DNA from: Paramecium tetraurelia
Lineage: Eukaryota
Length of the DNA: 64,000 nucleotides
Direction of reading: 5' to 3'
NCBI GenBank assembly: GCA_000165425.1
Contig: CT868680.1
Span: 124,001 to 188,000 of the forward strand
Shown: piece by piece, positions 1 through 13,227 of the stretch
Layout of the letters: each line of letters begins with the position of its first letter
Numbering within the stretch: position 1 is the first letter of the stretch
Notes under the pieces: model-generated
Told to the model about the DNA's origin: nothing
Seen by the model: the letters and a program-made list of their open reading frames with translations, nothing else
Database searches by the model: none
Program-made: the position numbers and the translations under genes

Positions 1-2047
1 ATATTAATAGGAGGGCAACTCTTTGATTCAGAAGAATATTAGAATTTGGAATTTGAAGAGGAAGAAGATGGATAATCAAAAATAGTTGGTTAAATGCCAT
101 CGAAATAGGAAGAAGATTAAGAATAAGATAATGGAAATGCAAATGTCTATAAATCTAAGAAGACTTTTGTTCAATTTTTAAAAGAAAGCAAAAGCGCTAA
201 CTAATCAAGTTTAACATGTTTTAGATGGAATGCTGCATTACTTATCATTTTCTTAGGAGTTTTAGGTCTTCTAAATTATATTTTAACTCAACAACTATTT
301 TTTGGAGTCTATGATGGTTATAAGAATGTTATAAATAGTAACTAAAGAGTTGCTTTGGGTTAAAGAATTCTATGGTAAACAGTAGAATTATATCTATTGA
401 TTTAGCTAAACCCATATGTTGATTAAACCAAAAATATTGCTGATTAAAGGCAAAGTTTAAACTAGAGCATTTCCAATTTGTAAGAACTTTAATTCGTTTT
501 ACAATCCGCAGTTGTTGAAGGAGATTAAGTTGATTTAATTAGAACTAATTCTGTTAAAATGACTGGGAGAGATCAAAGTGGAACTTTATCAACATAATTA
601 GTGGATCTAAATTAAGGAACGGCTTAGATTTTATCAAAGGCCTTAGAATTGCTATAGAGTTATAATCCAGAGTCATAATTTTTTGTTAGTTATAATTTGC
701 TTAATAATTATTTTGAAGCTGTTGTATAGAGTGCAAACATTTATGGAGCCCAATTGAGGGATAAACTGAATGGATCCTCTATAGTCATCACCTTATTTAT
801 TGTTGCGTGTGCATTTGCTGTAGTATCAGTACCATTGATCGCATGCATGTTTAGTTTAGTAAGTCAGAACTAAGAGATTATTATGAAACTATTTTTATAA
901 ATTTAGATTAATAAAGTTAAGAAATTGGTGAATATTTGTGAAGGCTTTTTCAATTCACTTTAAGTAGGAGAAGAGGATGATGAATTGCACAGAGATAATG
1001 AAGGATTTATGGATGATGACGAAGTGTAGGATGAAGATGAGGAATATTTGGAGAGACACAAAAAGAGAAAGAAATATAAATACGATTTAAAAAATAAGCG
1101 TAACTTTTATCTTAAATTTGCTATTTCAATGGTAATGTTATTAGGATACTTTTTAACTCACTTTTTAATTGGAGATTATTTATAAAATGCCTTTAGTTCA
1201 TTAATTGATGAAATAGAAGCCACTAGCTAGTTAGTTCCTAATATTACATTTTCTAATAATGTAATAAGGTAAATGATAATTGATCCCACCTTTGAAGTTA
1301 AAGGAAGCTCCTCCTATCTCATCTCTTCCACCTTTGTTAAAGAGCTATATGATCTCAATACTAAAATCTAAAAAGAACATTCTTCAAATATTCAATATCA
1401 CAATCCTACGTATAATACACATTTTGATTCTCTGATGAAATCAGGAGCCTGTTCATACCTATTTTCAATTGTTGAAATTGATATTAATACTTGTTAATCA
1501 TTCATCGAAGGCATAATTGATTAATCCTTATCCTTAGCACTCTCAAGATATTTTGAAGATATCAGATCCCAATTATAAGAATATAATAACATTATAAAGG
1601 ATCCCTCACATAAGATATCTGGAACTCTTTACAATTTCACTTCCAATTCAACTTATAATAAAGCCTTATCTCTCCTATACACTGATACCTAAAGGAATGA
1701 AATTGGTATGTTAATTTAATTTAATTTTAGACATTTTATAAGATCTATACCTGAGACAAATCTTTTCATATACAACTGACTTATTTTTGACTAGTGTACA
1801 ATAAGATGTTGATACAAATACAACTACATCTGTAGCGATATTTATCGTATTTTTAGTTGTTTTAGTTTTGATCTACCTTTTCTTTTGGTGGCCAACTGCT
1901 ACTAAAATAAATAATGAAGTAAAATATTAAATATAAATTATTTAGATAAAGAAAACAACTTTATTATTAGCCAATATTCCTTTAAGTTTAATTAAACGAA
2001 GCAAAGCAATAAGAGAGTACTTAAATAGAATGCATGAAATTGAATGA
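1..2047 (+). CDS. C-terminal part (5' truncated by window) of a large multi-pass membrane protein of the ciliate PAS/TmcB-like family
   Basis: Frame 1 is open in code 6. It has acidic linkers (EEEEDG; EEDDELH..DDDEVQDEDEE) alternating with TM helices (WNAALLIIFLGVLGLLNYIL; IVITLFIVACAFAVVSVPLIACMF; SVAIFIVFLVVLVLIYLFFWWP) and the family-type tail LLLANIPLSLIKRSKAIREYL. Introns at 1706-1730 and 1919-1945; TGA at 2045-2047. The PAS domain itself would lie outside the window. Confidence 0.75.
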
Positions 2048-2307
2048 TTCTATAGAAGTTTATAATTTCATTTTTTTATTCTCCAAATATCCTTTCCATT
2101 ATTGTAAAATTTGACGGATATTCTTAGTTTCTTTAGACTTAAAGTGAGCATTACTAGAATATAATAATTAGAAATTCCTAAATAAACAAATTTAATTATT
2201 AAAGATAATAAACCAATGTAAATTTATTTTAATTATATTTTAAATTAATTTAATAATAATAAATAAAAATGAAATTATTAAAGTTAGCTAATGCAATTAT
2301 TTATTTA

Positions 2308-5300
2308 TCAATTTTGATTTAAAAAACTTCTCATAATTCTTTCAAAAAAGTCATTAGTGAAGAGAGAATATGTCGGTAAAATTTATACGAATTGCACAAT
2401 TTGCTTAGTATTATTAATAAGTTTCTTTGCTAATTTTGTTATCCAGATCAGGATTATGAATAGGATAACTACTAAATAACAAATATTTATAATCTAATTT
2501 ATTGATAATGCATTTACATACAAAACTAATACTAGTTTATTGGTTAGATTTTTTAAATCTTCAACAAACTCTGTATTTAAATCCTTAATTATTTAAGATA
2601 AAATAAAGACACCATCTAACTCATTGTATACAAGAGTAAGTCGTTTAGTGAATTTATTAATTTCTATTTCTTTCGCAATCAAATTTTATGCATAGATTAA
2701 AACTGCTTTTAAACCTAATTACATATTTTGATTGAAGATCTAAGCACAAATAGATAAACTCTTTTATTCTATATTTTTTGGAATAAAGTTACACAAATTA
2801 GATACTTCTAATTGTTCATAATAATCTGAAAATTTCTTTGTTACTAGTATTCTAAATTAGATTAAATGTTTACTTAGAAAAATCTTTTTCTTTGGAATCA
2901 AATTCAGCAGTATTAGTTAAGGCTAATATTATTCTTTCATATATATACTCGAAATCCTCTTATGTTAAATACATTAATCTTTTTCTCTCATACAAAATTT
3001 CACGTTGTGCAAACATACAGGGAAAATCAACACCTAAATTTCCAAATCCTTTTAAATAATCTGTAGTTTCTGGATATTTTTCTAAAAAATTTTTCTACAA
3101 AAAGTAGATAGAAAAATGATTGAAAGAGAAGAAAACATAAATGCTTGATAACAATAAGCCAAACTTGAGAAGAGAATTAGTTGAGATCTTTTAAAATTTA
3201 ATTTTTGTCTGCATCTCATAAGCTTAAAATTATTAGAATTATTATTCCTTAACTTCCACGTCCAATCTATATTAAAATTTGAATGAATTATCTATCTTAA
3301 GTTGACTTAAAAATGATTAATATTTCTTGATTTCAAATTCTAATTCCCTTTCATCAACATATTATATCAAGTTGATACATTGAATTAGTCTTCTGTCTAT
3401 GATATGATGCAAAATAAAGATTAAAAGTAATAGAAATATCATCAGAGATTAATTAATAGCTAATATGGTCTCAATTTCATCTTAAATCAAACTTGCTCTT
3501 AATAAAGTCTACGATATTACATCTAGATTCAATTATTAAGCTATGTCATTTAATATCTTATAATTTTTGTAACTATAAAAAACCTGTGGGGTATCAATAG
3601 CAACTGTTTTTTCAATTTTATAATTCATTTTGAGAGTATATTAAAAATTTAATAATACCTATATAGCCGCTCTCAAAGTCATATTATATTATTCATTTTT
3701 GTATGTGTCTAAATACTAATAAGCATAAATGTGCTTAATTTACAATAAGGCCTGCAATTCCTTTTTGAATAATACCGATTATATATTTTAATTCAATTAA
3801 TCATAACCTAAATCCAAATTCGATAGTGCAAATTATGTTCTATTTGTATAATCTTCTTAACTTATTTTTAGTTCAGTTAATTGGTTTTTGTAGTTAAATA
3901 AAGTCCATCTAGTAACTAGGAACAATTCCATTGGTTAAAATATTAAATTTTTGATTTCCAATAAATTGACATCCTCTACCAAAGTGACCAGAGGGTTGTC
4001 TGTTAATTACTAAATATATATTGTTTAAATACTATTATTATGAATATTATTTGAAGCAAACCTAATAGAAACATGATGGAAATAATGAATTTGTGTATTC
4101 TATTGTAGGGAATAAATTATAGAAATTTATTGTAAAGTTCATATTTTCTATAAAATTTAGAACTTCTAAATATTTTTAAGGAAGAAACCTAAGACTGCAC
4201 ATCGTAAAATTTAGCTTATTGTTCTTCTTAAAATTGAGATTTCTTAAATTGAGATTAAAATCTTTTTGCAACTCTTTAAAATTTTACAAGAGAAACTTCC
4301 TCATCTCTAGGTGTAAATATTTGTTATTAAACCAAGTTTTTTTCATCAATATAAAGATAATTGTTTTTATTTTGTTTACTATTCAGGTCTTCTGAAAATT
4401 CATAAGGGTCCAAAATTATATTATTTTCAAGTTCAAAAGGAATCATCTCAAAAGTATGTCTTTCTGCAATCTATTCTTCAAAAACTTCTTCATTTTTCTT
4501 GATTATCTACTTTTTAAAATTATCAAATTATATAATCATATAAAGCATTTTATCATGATGCATTTTTACAGTAATATTCACATCGCAATAATAATTCATT
4601 TCAGTTTTTTGTTCAGAGAAATTATTAGCACTTAAGATTTGATCAGACTACATAACAATCATGTTCTCTAAGTAGCAACTTTCTGTTATTTAAGTGACAG
4701 AAGGTATAAATTTATCAATTTATTAACCTATTTTAAAATATTTACTTAAATTCACAAAATCACTAAAATCTGCACTCATCGAAGTAATTTAATAGTGTTG
4801 ATTTACAATAACTGTTTTGGTTTATAAAAGTGTAGGTTAGAATAAGCAAACAAAATCCACTTCATTAGTATAAAAAATATCAATAGCAAATTGAACATTT
4901 TCTATAAAACTTTCATTGGCAATGTAATTGTTGTGAAGAGTTCTAACATATTTGGATTAGCCGTCGGTAACAAACTTGTCTACCAGTAAGGAATGCCATT
5001 CTCTAACACCAATGGGAACAAGTTCTTCAAGGGTTTTATTGCAAAAAGTCTTGGGAGCATTACTAGATATGGATTTAATTATAAGCTTATTGTTTTGATA
5101 GTTTGCAACTAAATAAATTAACTTGGATAACACTGAATCATTAAATTTAATTTAAGTTTCTTGAGATGTTGAGAAACTACTTTATATTTATTAAGCCTTC
5201 AGCAAGTCATTCACAATTTCAGAATAAAAAAATACTAATAATGATTAGATCATCATACTATTTTATTAATTATAGTATTATTCTAATTGATGACTTATAG

Positions 5301-6402
5301 AAGTAACTTTATCAGTATATAGCATCAATTGGTTGAAATCGATATCTTTAAAATTTTGTAGTAAAAGCAGTTTGTTTTGAATCAAATTATTCAATGAATT
5401 TGAAAGCAATATATTACGTTAATCATTTTTCATTAGTTATTAACAAACGCCCTTTAAGGTTTGGTTAGGCTTTGATATTTTGATAGTTATCTAATCGATA
5501 CATTATTTCATTTATTAATTGCATTTTGCCCTTCTCATTATCCCTAGATCTTTTAAATTGTTTAAAATTATAAAACACTAAAAAACCTTTCCTTCTTAAA
5601 ACAAAATCGAAGCTTTTAAGATAGGATCATCAACATTATGATTTTAAAATTATTAATAAAGAATAATTTTTAGTAAAAACGGTAATAAAGATAAAGTGAT
5701 TAAATCTTCATAATGAACAAAATTAATTATTCCAAATAAAATTGTGGCTAAATGAAATGATGCTGCTAATTTTCTAATTATACTATTTCTATAATTGTTA
5801 TAGTAAACTATTAAAGTTAATTAAAAACCAGACTTGATTAAAGCTAATATTTATAACACAATTTAATCAAATTGAAATAGGTAAAAATAAATTAGCAGTA
5901 TATTTAATATAAACTCTAAAGTATTTAAGTAATTAGAGTATGACACTTAAAAATTAATTGTATTTACAGTAAGAGTTCCTTAGACTAATAAAACATCAAA
6001 AAATGCAAGTATGCTTATAAATAATCCGATAGTAAGTCCGAATTAATCTTCCATTTACTCAAGTACAAAATTTAGCAACGCAGTCTTCAATAATGTATTA
6101 AATAAACTAATCAGTGAAGCCCCATATAAATTTTGATTAAACATAAATACAAACCATAGAACTATAAACGCTAGCATTAAATAGTTCAAGAATTCTATCT
6201 TTATTATCAGTTAGGGCCTTGCTATAAGCACCAATATTTATATCCACGATTTCTCATTCCATTAATAGATATAGGATAGATTAACTAACGAATGTTGTAA
6301 CAACAAAATATTGACTAAATACTCGGGAAGGATGTAAGCTTTGTTTTCAAATTCTAATAGTTTGCCAAGAAACTTTACAATATATTAGTTTTTCTTAAAC
6401 AT
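2308..6402 (-). CDS. large multi-pass membrane protein with PAS-like domain (TmcB/PAS-like family)
   Basis: Starts MFKKNQYIVKFLGKLLEFENK. N-terminal TM bundle, a PAS-like segment (LEELVPIGVREWHSLLVDKFVTDG..VENVQFAIDIFY..FVCLF), C-terminal TM pairs, and ends ILPTYSLFTNDFFERIMRSFLNQN*. Internal introns not fully resolved. Confidence 0.7.
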
Positions 6403-6518
6403 ATTAATAAAGCTGTATTAATATTGATTATCTCAATTATAAAGTATATATTCGAAAGTAATTATTCTGAGTATTAATTAATATTAAATTAAGCTTTATA
6501 ATTATATATTTAATGAAT

Positions 6519-7486
6519 TCATTCTTCAGTTTATGTTCCTTACTATTCTCCATTAGATTAATCTTATTTTTGCTCATTGTTATTTTAACCTAATTGAGCA
6601 CAAACTTCTTATTTCTAATATATATTATAAAAATACATTATTTTATACATTTGATTGTTCAACAATAATTTATGTATTATTTAAAGAATAAAATGTTTTA
6701 GCAAATTCATCAGGTTATAATCTGGTAGCAGCAATTAATTTGCCTTTGACATCCTTCTCTCTCTGTTGAGTTGCCTATAATTTTTGCACTATTTACAGTT
6801 CCTCAATTTCTAATTATTTGATATGTAATTCCCTTTCTTCATTTTCTTGAATTGTTTTGAATTTCTCTTTGTCCAATTCTTACTTTATTTTATTTCTTTT
6901 TTCATTTAATTTTTCTCGAATTAAAACCTCGGATAAATTTTACTCTTATTTTCTTAAGGCAGCCTTTAATTTCTAATTTTCATGCCACTTTTTTTATTCC
7001 TCTATAAACTTAAATTGCTCATATTTTAATAATTTTCTGTAATTTTGGGCTTCATTATGCTTATATTATCTAAATTCTTATTTGACTATCTTCAATTAAT
7101 TTCTTTCTATCGTTGTTTTAATATAGAGTTCTGTATTTCTCTCATTGCCAGTTGATTATTCCGTCAATTCTCTTGTATTATTTTATGCACTTCTATAATA
7201 AATTGCATTTTTTTGTAATTTTTGTTGTTTCTATAATAATTATTTTATTTGTTACTTTCATTTATGCAGCAACTTTCTATTTATAAACATCTGATGTCAA
7301 TTCTTCTGTTTATTTAATTCTTTTAATTAATTTGCCTTCCTCATTCCTAAGTTATCTAATTCTATTTTCCACACATTAAGCTTATAATTCCAGTTCTTTT
7401 TTTCTTCTTTTTACTTCGTTTAATGTTGCTTCTTCAGAATAATTTAATAAATAAAGTTCTTAGCTTTAAGTAATCTTAGGCAGCAT
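6519..7486 (-). CDS. hypothetical coiled-coil protein (~306 aa)
   Basis: MLPKITQSQELYLL..EVKRRKKELELQAQCVENRIRQLRNEEGKLIKRIKQ. Removing 25-nt and 22-nt introns gives 921 nt in frame to TGA. Confidence 0.7.
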
Positions 7487-7549
7487 TTAATAAATTATTA
7501 TTAATTGTCAATTACTTTCCCATGATCTAATATACATATTTTATATGCA

Positions 7550-8330
7550 AAAATAATAATAAAAAGATCGTTGAAATGAAAAACATAGTATCAAAAAAGC
7601 ATTTCCTTCAAAAACATTTTCTCAATAACCAGGCTCAGGCTAACTTAATTAATCCTAATTAAATGTCAAACAGTCTTTAAACCTCCATCTTAACAAAAAT
7701 GTAAAAAAAGATAGAAATGATTTTTTTGGCAACCAGGGCTCAATTAGGCTTGATTACATAAAATAGGGGTTAGTTAAGAATTATTTTATGAAAATATGAA
7801 TTCTCACTTTTAGGTTATGATGCAAAAGAGAGATGAAATTTGTAAGAAATTTAAATTATTTATCATCATAGATATAGAAGGAGGCTGTCTCGATCTAGAA
7901 ACTAAAGCAAAAAAAAGCCTCTTACTTTATTCTGTAGTTTTTATATAGAATCCTCATTTTGAAAGAGATTGCACCTTTGTTATGAAAACTAACCAACCAG
8001 GATTTTATAAGAGGTCTTAAGTTCCATATCATAAACTAGAATTAAAGTAAAGTAAGCAGCCATCAGAATGTTTAATTATCACAATAAAGAGAATCTGATA
8101 GGCAATTTAATTAGTAATTATATATATATAAATCCAATAACTCGAAATGGGTTGAAAGAGACTTATAAAAAGGTCTATAATGCAAATTATTATGGAGATC
8201 AACTATGCATAAAATTCTATTTTAAGTAAGTGTAATAATTTACCTAAAGAATAGAGATTTGGATGGTATAAAGAAGTGGGATATTTAATTGTGATTATTT
8301 ATAATTATATAATATCATAGAGTAGCTCAC
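7550..8330. other. coding-like region, gene model unresolved (possible small membrane protein on the - strand, or degenerate gene)
   Basis: GC is higher than flanking spacers, with intron-like GT..AG stretches on both strands. The - strand has hydrophobic open stretches (EFYAQLISIIICIIDLFISLFQPISSYWIYIYII). I could not fix a single model. Confidence 0.25.
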
Positions 8331-8391
8331 TTAAAATATATTATTATTTATCATCTAGATTATCGAATTATTATAATATATTAATTAAATA

Positions 8392-10746
8392 ATGCATAAT
8401 TTTCTGTTCGAAAATAGACTATCAACTTACTCAACCTTTAGTCCTTTCGGTTCTACCAAAAACTCTAAACCAGGCATAATAACAAAGATAAAAAACAAGA
8501 TTTAGGATTTATTCCTACCCTCAATTAACCCATCAAGTACAATTTAACGGATACAATACTATAATGAATTAAATTTAGAAAAAGAACTATCTCATTAATT
8601 TAAAAATAAACTTGCAATTGTAGATCACCTTCTACCTAAAAAAGAGGAAAATATAACTTTAAAGCGAAAGTCCCTCTATACCTTTGATGAATAACGCGAG
8701 GAAGTTGTCTAAAACGAAAATTAAATATCAAAAGAAGCCTAAAGCAATAGTGTCAACAGAAAAATAGATTAGTCACCTTAAGTTAACGAAACCAAGAAAT
8801 AAAAGAAGTTTAAAAAAAATCATGCTAAAATTGAAAAACCTAGAAAAATGGAAGGTAATTTTTTTTTTAATTAACTAATAGCAGACTAATAATAGAGAGA
8901 CTATGATTTTAATAAAAAATCTTAGAATTAAAATATTGAATCAAATTAAGAAAATTCCTCGGGTTACATATCAAATTATTAAACATAAAACAATGATTGT
9001 TTCAAAGACTGTATCAAATCTGCAACTCCATATAAGAAATAAAAAGGATTGACAAATGAATAAATGGATAAAAAAAATTAAGTTGAAATTTAATCTTTTA
9101 AATAAGATCAAAAATTTGATTCCCAATAGATGCATGATTTAAAACAGTAAATCTAAGAAACTCAAAATGGTAATTCCATCGTTGGCGTCAAATAAATTAT
9201 TTAAGAAAATGAATTATTTTCAAGTTCTACTGGTACTAATACAAAAGGAGAAATTATGGAGTCCTTATTGAGAATTGAACATATTTTTTATTCTCAAAAG
9301 TCTGATTCCGAGATGTTAGAGGAGAAACGCTCGAATCATAGCTAACTTGAAATTTAGAATAAACTATTTTCTTACTTTCACTCAGATCTTGAAGAACGAA
9401 TTGATTTTGATAAAAAAGCCGAATTAGAATAAAATAGAAATCCAAATGATGTCAAAAGTACTAAAAGTATTAATTAAAATTAGACAGTCCTAGAAACATA
9501 GTAATAATAATAATAATAAGTTAAAAAATAAAGAAATTTAATATTAGATTCAGTAATTATAAACTTATAAATTCAATGCAGTCGTTAGAAATAAATTGAC
9601 TGTAAGGAAGAGCAATAAAAAGTGATTTCTCAATAGTCAGATTAATAAAAATTAAATTAAGTTATTTAAGAGGATAGTATCATTAATCATAGTTATGAGA
9701 AAATTTAGATATCCAATAAACAAGAATTGAAATTGCAATATAATACCATCAAATAGGAAGAAATTTCATAATAAACATAAGTTGAAAAAAAAGTCCAGCA
9801 TGGATAACTTCAAAAATAACTAGATGAAAAACTTGAGACTCCTCTAACTTAAAATTAATTGTCAACTATTAATTAAGAAGGCACTCCAAAAACTCCAAAG
9901 ATTACTTAAGAGATTGATCAATAGAAACAATTAGATGCAAAATAAGATTAAATGTAAAAGCAAAACAATCCATTTTTAGATACAAGTTCTCATATCAGCT
10001 CAGATTAAGTAAGTTAATATTTTTTGTAAGGTTTTTTAACAGGAAATTCTTAATTTCCTTTACAATAGTAACAATGTACAAGAAATCAAAATTTTTTAGA
10101 TTTATTTAAGGTTTAGACCAATAATTAACTTTTCAATTTCAATGTCCCTTTACAAAATCAAGGATATCAAACTTAAAACATAAATAACTCATAAAATATA
10201 GCTTAAAAGAATGATTCAAGCTTGGTTTATAAGCAAATGGAAATCATTGATCAAATACCATTCTCAGAATAATTCAATGTAACTTAACAAAACAATTATC
10301 ATCAAACAATATCCAATTATTTTACACCGAATTTTGAATAAAAATATTGCCAACCTGCCACCTATTAGTAATCTCAATCAAGTAATGAGTTGATTAGTTA
10401 CTAAGCACCTATATAGCAATAGAGCCTGTTTCCATAAATGCAGTAATCTTCTTATCAAATATCAAGCATTAATTTATTTTAATCAAATTCCCCTTAGCCA
10501 AGCACCAATATGAATTGTTGCTAAGAAGAAGGTAGAATAAATCATATTTATACTAAATAGGATGTACTTTCATTATTTCAAGATACAAGTATGAAGTAGG
10601 ATTAAAGTAATAAATAAAACATAAATTTAGATTTATTTGTTATTGATTCTGTTTAAAGTAGCAATTCATAAAGTAACTCTTAATTCTATAACTAAAATAG
10701 CAGCTTTTAGGGATTCAAAAGAAAACAACGTATTAATAATAATTGA
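8392..10746 (+). CDS. hypothetical Q/N/S-rich low-complexity protein (~760 aa)
   Basis: MHNFLFENRLSTYSTFSPFGSTKNSKPGIITKIKNKIQDLF...; long code-6 ORF with short introns near 8855 and 10008; ends SSFQGFKRKQRINNN* (TGA 10744-10746). Confidence 0.7.
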
Positions 10747-10792
10747 AATGGTTTTAAATAATGAAATATTATATATATATATAAAGGATTAA

Positions 10793-12223
10793 TCACTTTT
10801 ATTAAAAATTGTATAATTAAGAATTAATGACAAAATCCTCATTCTTTTGGAATTCTAACATTCCTTTATTATACTATTCTGATAATTATCCAATTTCATT
10901 GTTAAACATGATAAAGTTAGGATCTAATTTTTTCTTTTATTTTTATTATTGTTCTTTTTCAATTTAGCAATCAATCTTTTTATTTTCTAAATCTTAATGA
11001 TAAATTGGATAATTTAGATCTTGAAATTCTTAATTTATTTACGTGATAAACTCCAATTATTTATAATCAATTTCAGGATCTCTTATTTATTCATTTTGAG
11101 GTTCTGGTACAACTTCCTCTTAGTCTGCCTATATTTCCTAATCAAATTCTGGTAATTAATAATCTTCTTTTTATTAATTCTAAATTCTTTCAGCCACATT
11201 CTCTATTTTGCTATGTAATTTTTAATCTAACAAGATTTCTATCAGTTCCAATTTATTCAATAGTCCCTTACGAGTAGCTTTTATTTTAATCACAAATTCC
11301 TTGAATGGTTACCAATTTATTTCGAAAATATCAATAAAAATGGTGTAATCTTTAAAATATGAAAGAAGTTCCTCCTTAGAAATATAGCCTGTCTTTTATT
11401 TATCTATTTATTGAAATATTTTAGTAACTAAGAAGTTGAAATTTTTCTTAAAGATTTTCTAATCCAATTTAACCTTTTCATCTAGAATTTAATAAAATAG
11501 CATCTATTATTTTTTCTTTCTCTTTTCTTATTCCCTTTTCATGATGATTGATTTTGATTCTTACTCTAACTTGATTTCTTCTTCAGGTTAGATATAATCT
11601 TCAACTAATTCAAACTGATTTTGCTATTTTTGTTTAACCCAATTATCTTTTTTGGTCACTAAGTCAAATTCTTTCTATTCCTTACTTTCAAGACCTCTTT
11701 AGATTTTATTTGTTAACTCTTTTTTTGTTTAATAATGTTCAAACTTTTATTGATAAATCTTTTTTGCTTTCATTTCAGATTCTTTGATTGGTTCTGGTTT
11801 TTTCAGATAAGGCTCATACTTGGCCACTATTCTATTAACGAAATCATCAAGTCTCTTATCTTCTTTTTCTTTCTTTTCTTGTTCAATTTATTATTTAGTC
11901 TTTATAACTGGTTTCTTGAATAATTTTGCATCTTGCCTTTTTCTTTCTTCTCGATTATATTTTTTTTCGAAAAGTTCTGCTTTTTGATTGATGACTTTAA
12001 CTTCTTCATTGATTTTTTTGACTTACTTATTCACTTATTTTAAATATTCTTATGTTGGGATCTCAGGTTGATAGGGTGGATAAATGTAATTTTACTTAGG
12101 GATATCATCAATATCTTCTAAAACAGGTTTTCTGGCCTCTCTCATGATCTATAGTTTGGCCTATATCAGCTTGTTGTTGTTAGCACATTAAGCCAACTTT
12201 TCTGAAACAACTTAATTTAACAT
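10793..12223 (-). CDS. coiled-coil protein with an EF-hand-like motif
   Basis: 1431 nt from ATG to TGA, a multiple of 3. Contains KIFQQIDKQKTGYISKEELLSYF (EF-hand loop pattern D-x-x-x-T-G-Y-I-S-x-x-E). Confidence 0.7.
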
Positions 12224-12254
12224 TGTTGTGAATTTGATTATAAAATTAAATACA

Positions 12255-13187
12255 ATGTCTGAAGCATACAAGAAGTAGAAGATAGATTCATTTGATTATT
12301 ATGATCCACCTGAGAATTATTAGCCACCTGTGCAACAATTAGATCAAAGCAAAGTGATTGAGGCTTACAAAACTTTGATTATGTTGAAAAACCATATGTT
12401 TAAAGTGAATCTTCTACTTTCCCATGAGGAAGAGAGTTCAACAATAGCAGAATTAAAAAACATCAAGGATGAATTGGTATTAGCAAAGGAGGCACAAGAG
12501 AAAGAAATAGCATCATTACAAAAGACTCAAGACAATTTATTTAGTGTAAATAGACTCAATGGAGAAGATATTGATAAATTAGCTAAGGCATATCATGAAT
12601 AGGATAGAAAATGGTACAATGCCAAACTCATTTAGATAGATACAGAGGAATAAGAAGCTGACATCTAATTTATTGGTTATTAAGAGGTAGTGAAAATGCA
12701 TGCCATTTTTATTAAAGTTCAACCTATTCCAGATAGTAAATTATTTACAGTGGGATAATAATGCGAAGCAATATACTCCTCAGACGGTCGTTACTATTTA
12801 GGAGCAATCGAAAAAGTAACTGAAGAAGGGTATCACATAAGATTTAAGAAAAATTCAAATAGGGAGATTGTTCCTTTAATTTATCTAAGGGAAGCTAAGA
12901 AATAGTTAAATGATTCTAAAAAGATGAATTTCGAAGAGATGGATGAATTTCAAGTTCCTGATAACTTGAAATATCTGCCTACTGATAATGAATAGTAGAG
13001 ATAGGCAAAAAAGAAGAAAATCAAGGCAATGAAACAAACATTCAAATTATCTAAAATTACTAAGTATGCTCAAGAGAAATAATCATCTTGGCAGTCTTTT
13101 GCCTAGAAGATTTCAACTATCAAGCCAGATCTGGGTTAGAAGGCAGAAAGCATTTATAGATAAAAATGTGATTAGTTGAAAGAATGA
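12255..13187 (+). CDS. SPF30/SMNDC1-like splicing factor with tandem Tudor domains (310 aa)
   Basis: Intronless, 933 nt. N-terminal helical segment, Tudor 1 (AKAYHEQDRKWYNAKLIQID..DIQFIGYQE), Tudor 2 (FTVGQQCEAIYSSDGRYYLGAIEKV..IRFKK), and SPF30-type tail (VPDNLKYLPTDNEQQRQAKKKKIKAMK..EKQSSWQSF). Confidence 0.8.
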
Positions 13188-13227
13188 TAAATAATTATAT
13201 ATATATATATAATTTAATTTGTGATTA

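Noticed and set aside
10769..13211. (TA)n runs at gene junctions (e.g. ~10770, ~13196, also ~25895, ~37601, ~51452)
   Set aside because: Short microsatellites expected in very AT-rich intergenic DNA; no evidence of specific function.
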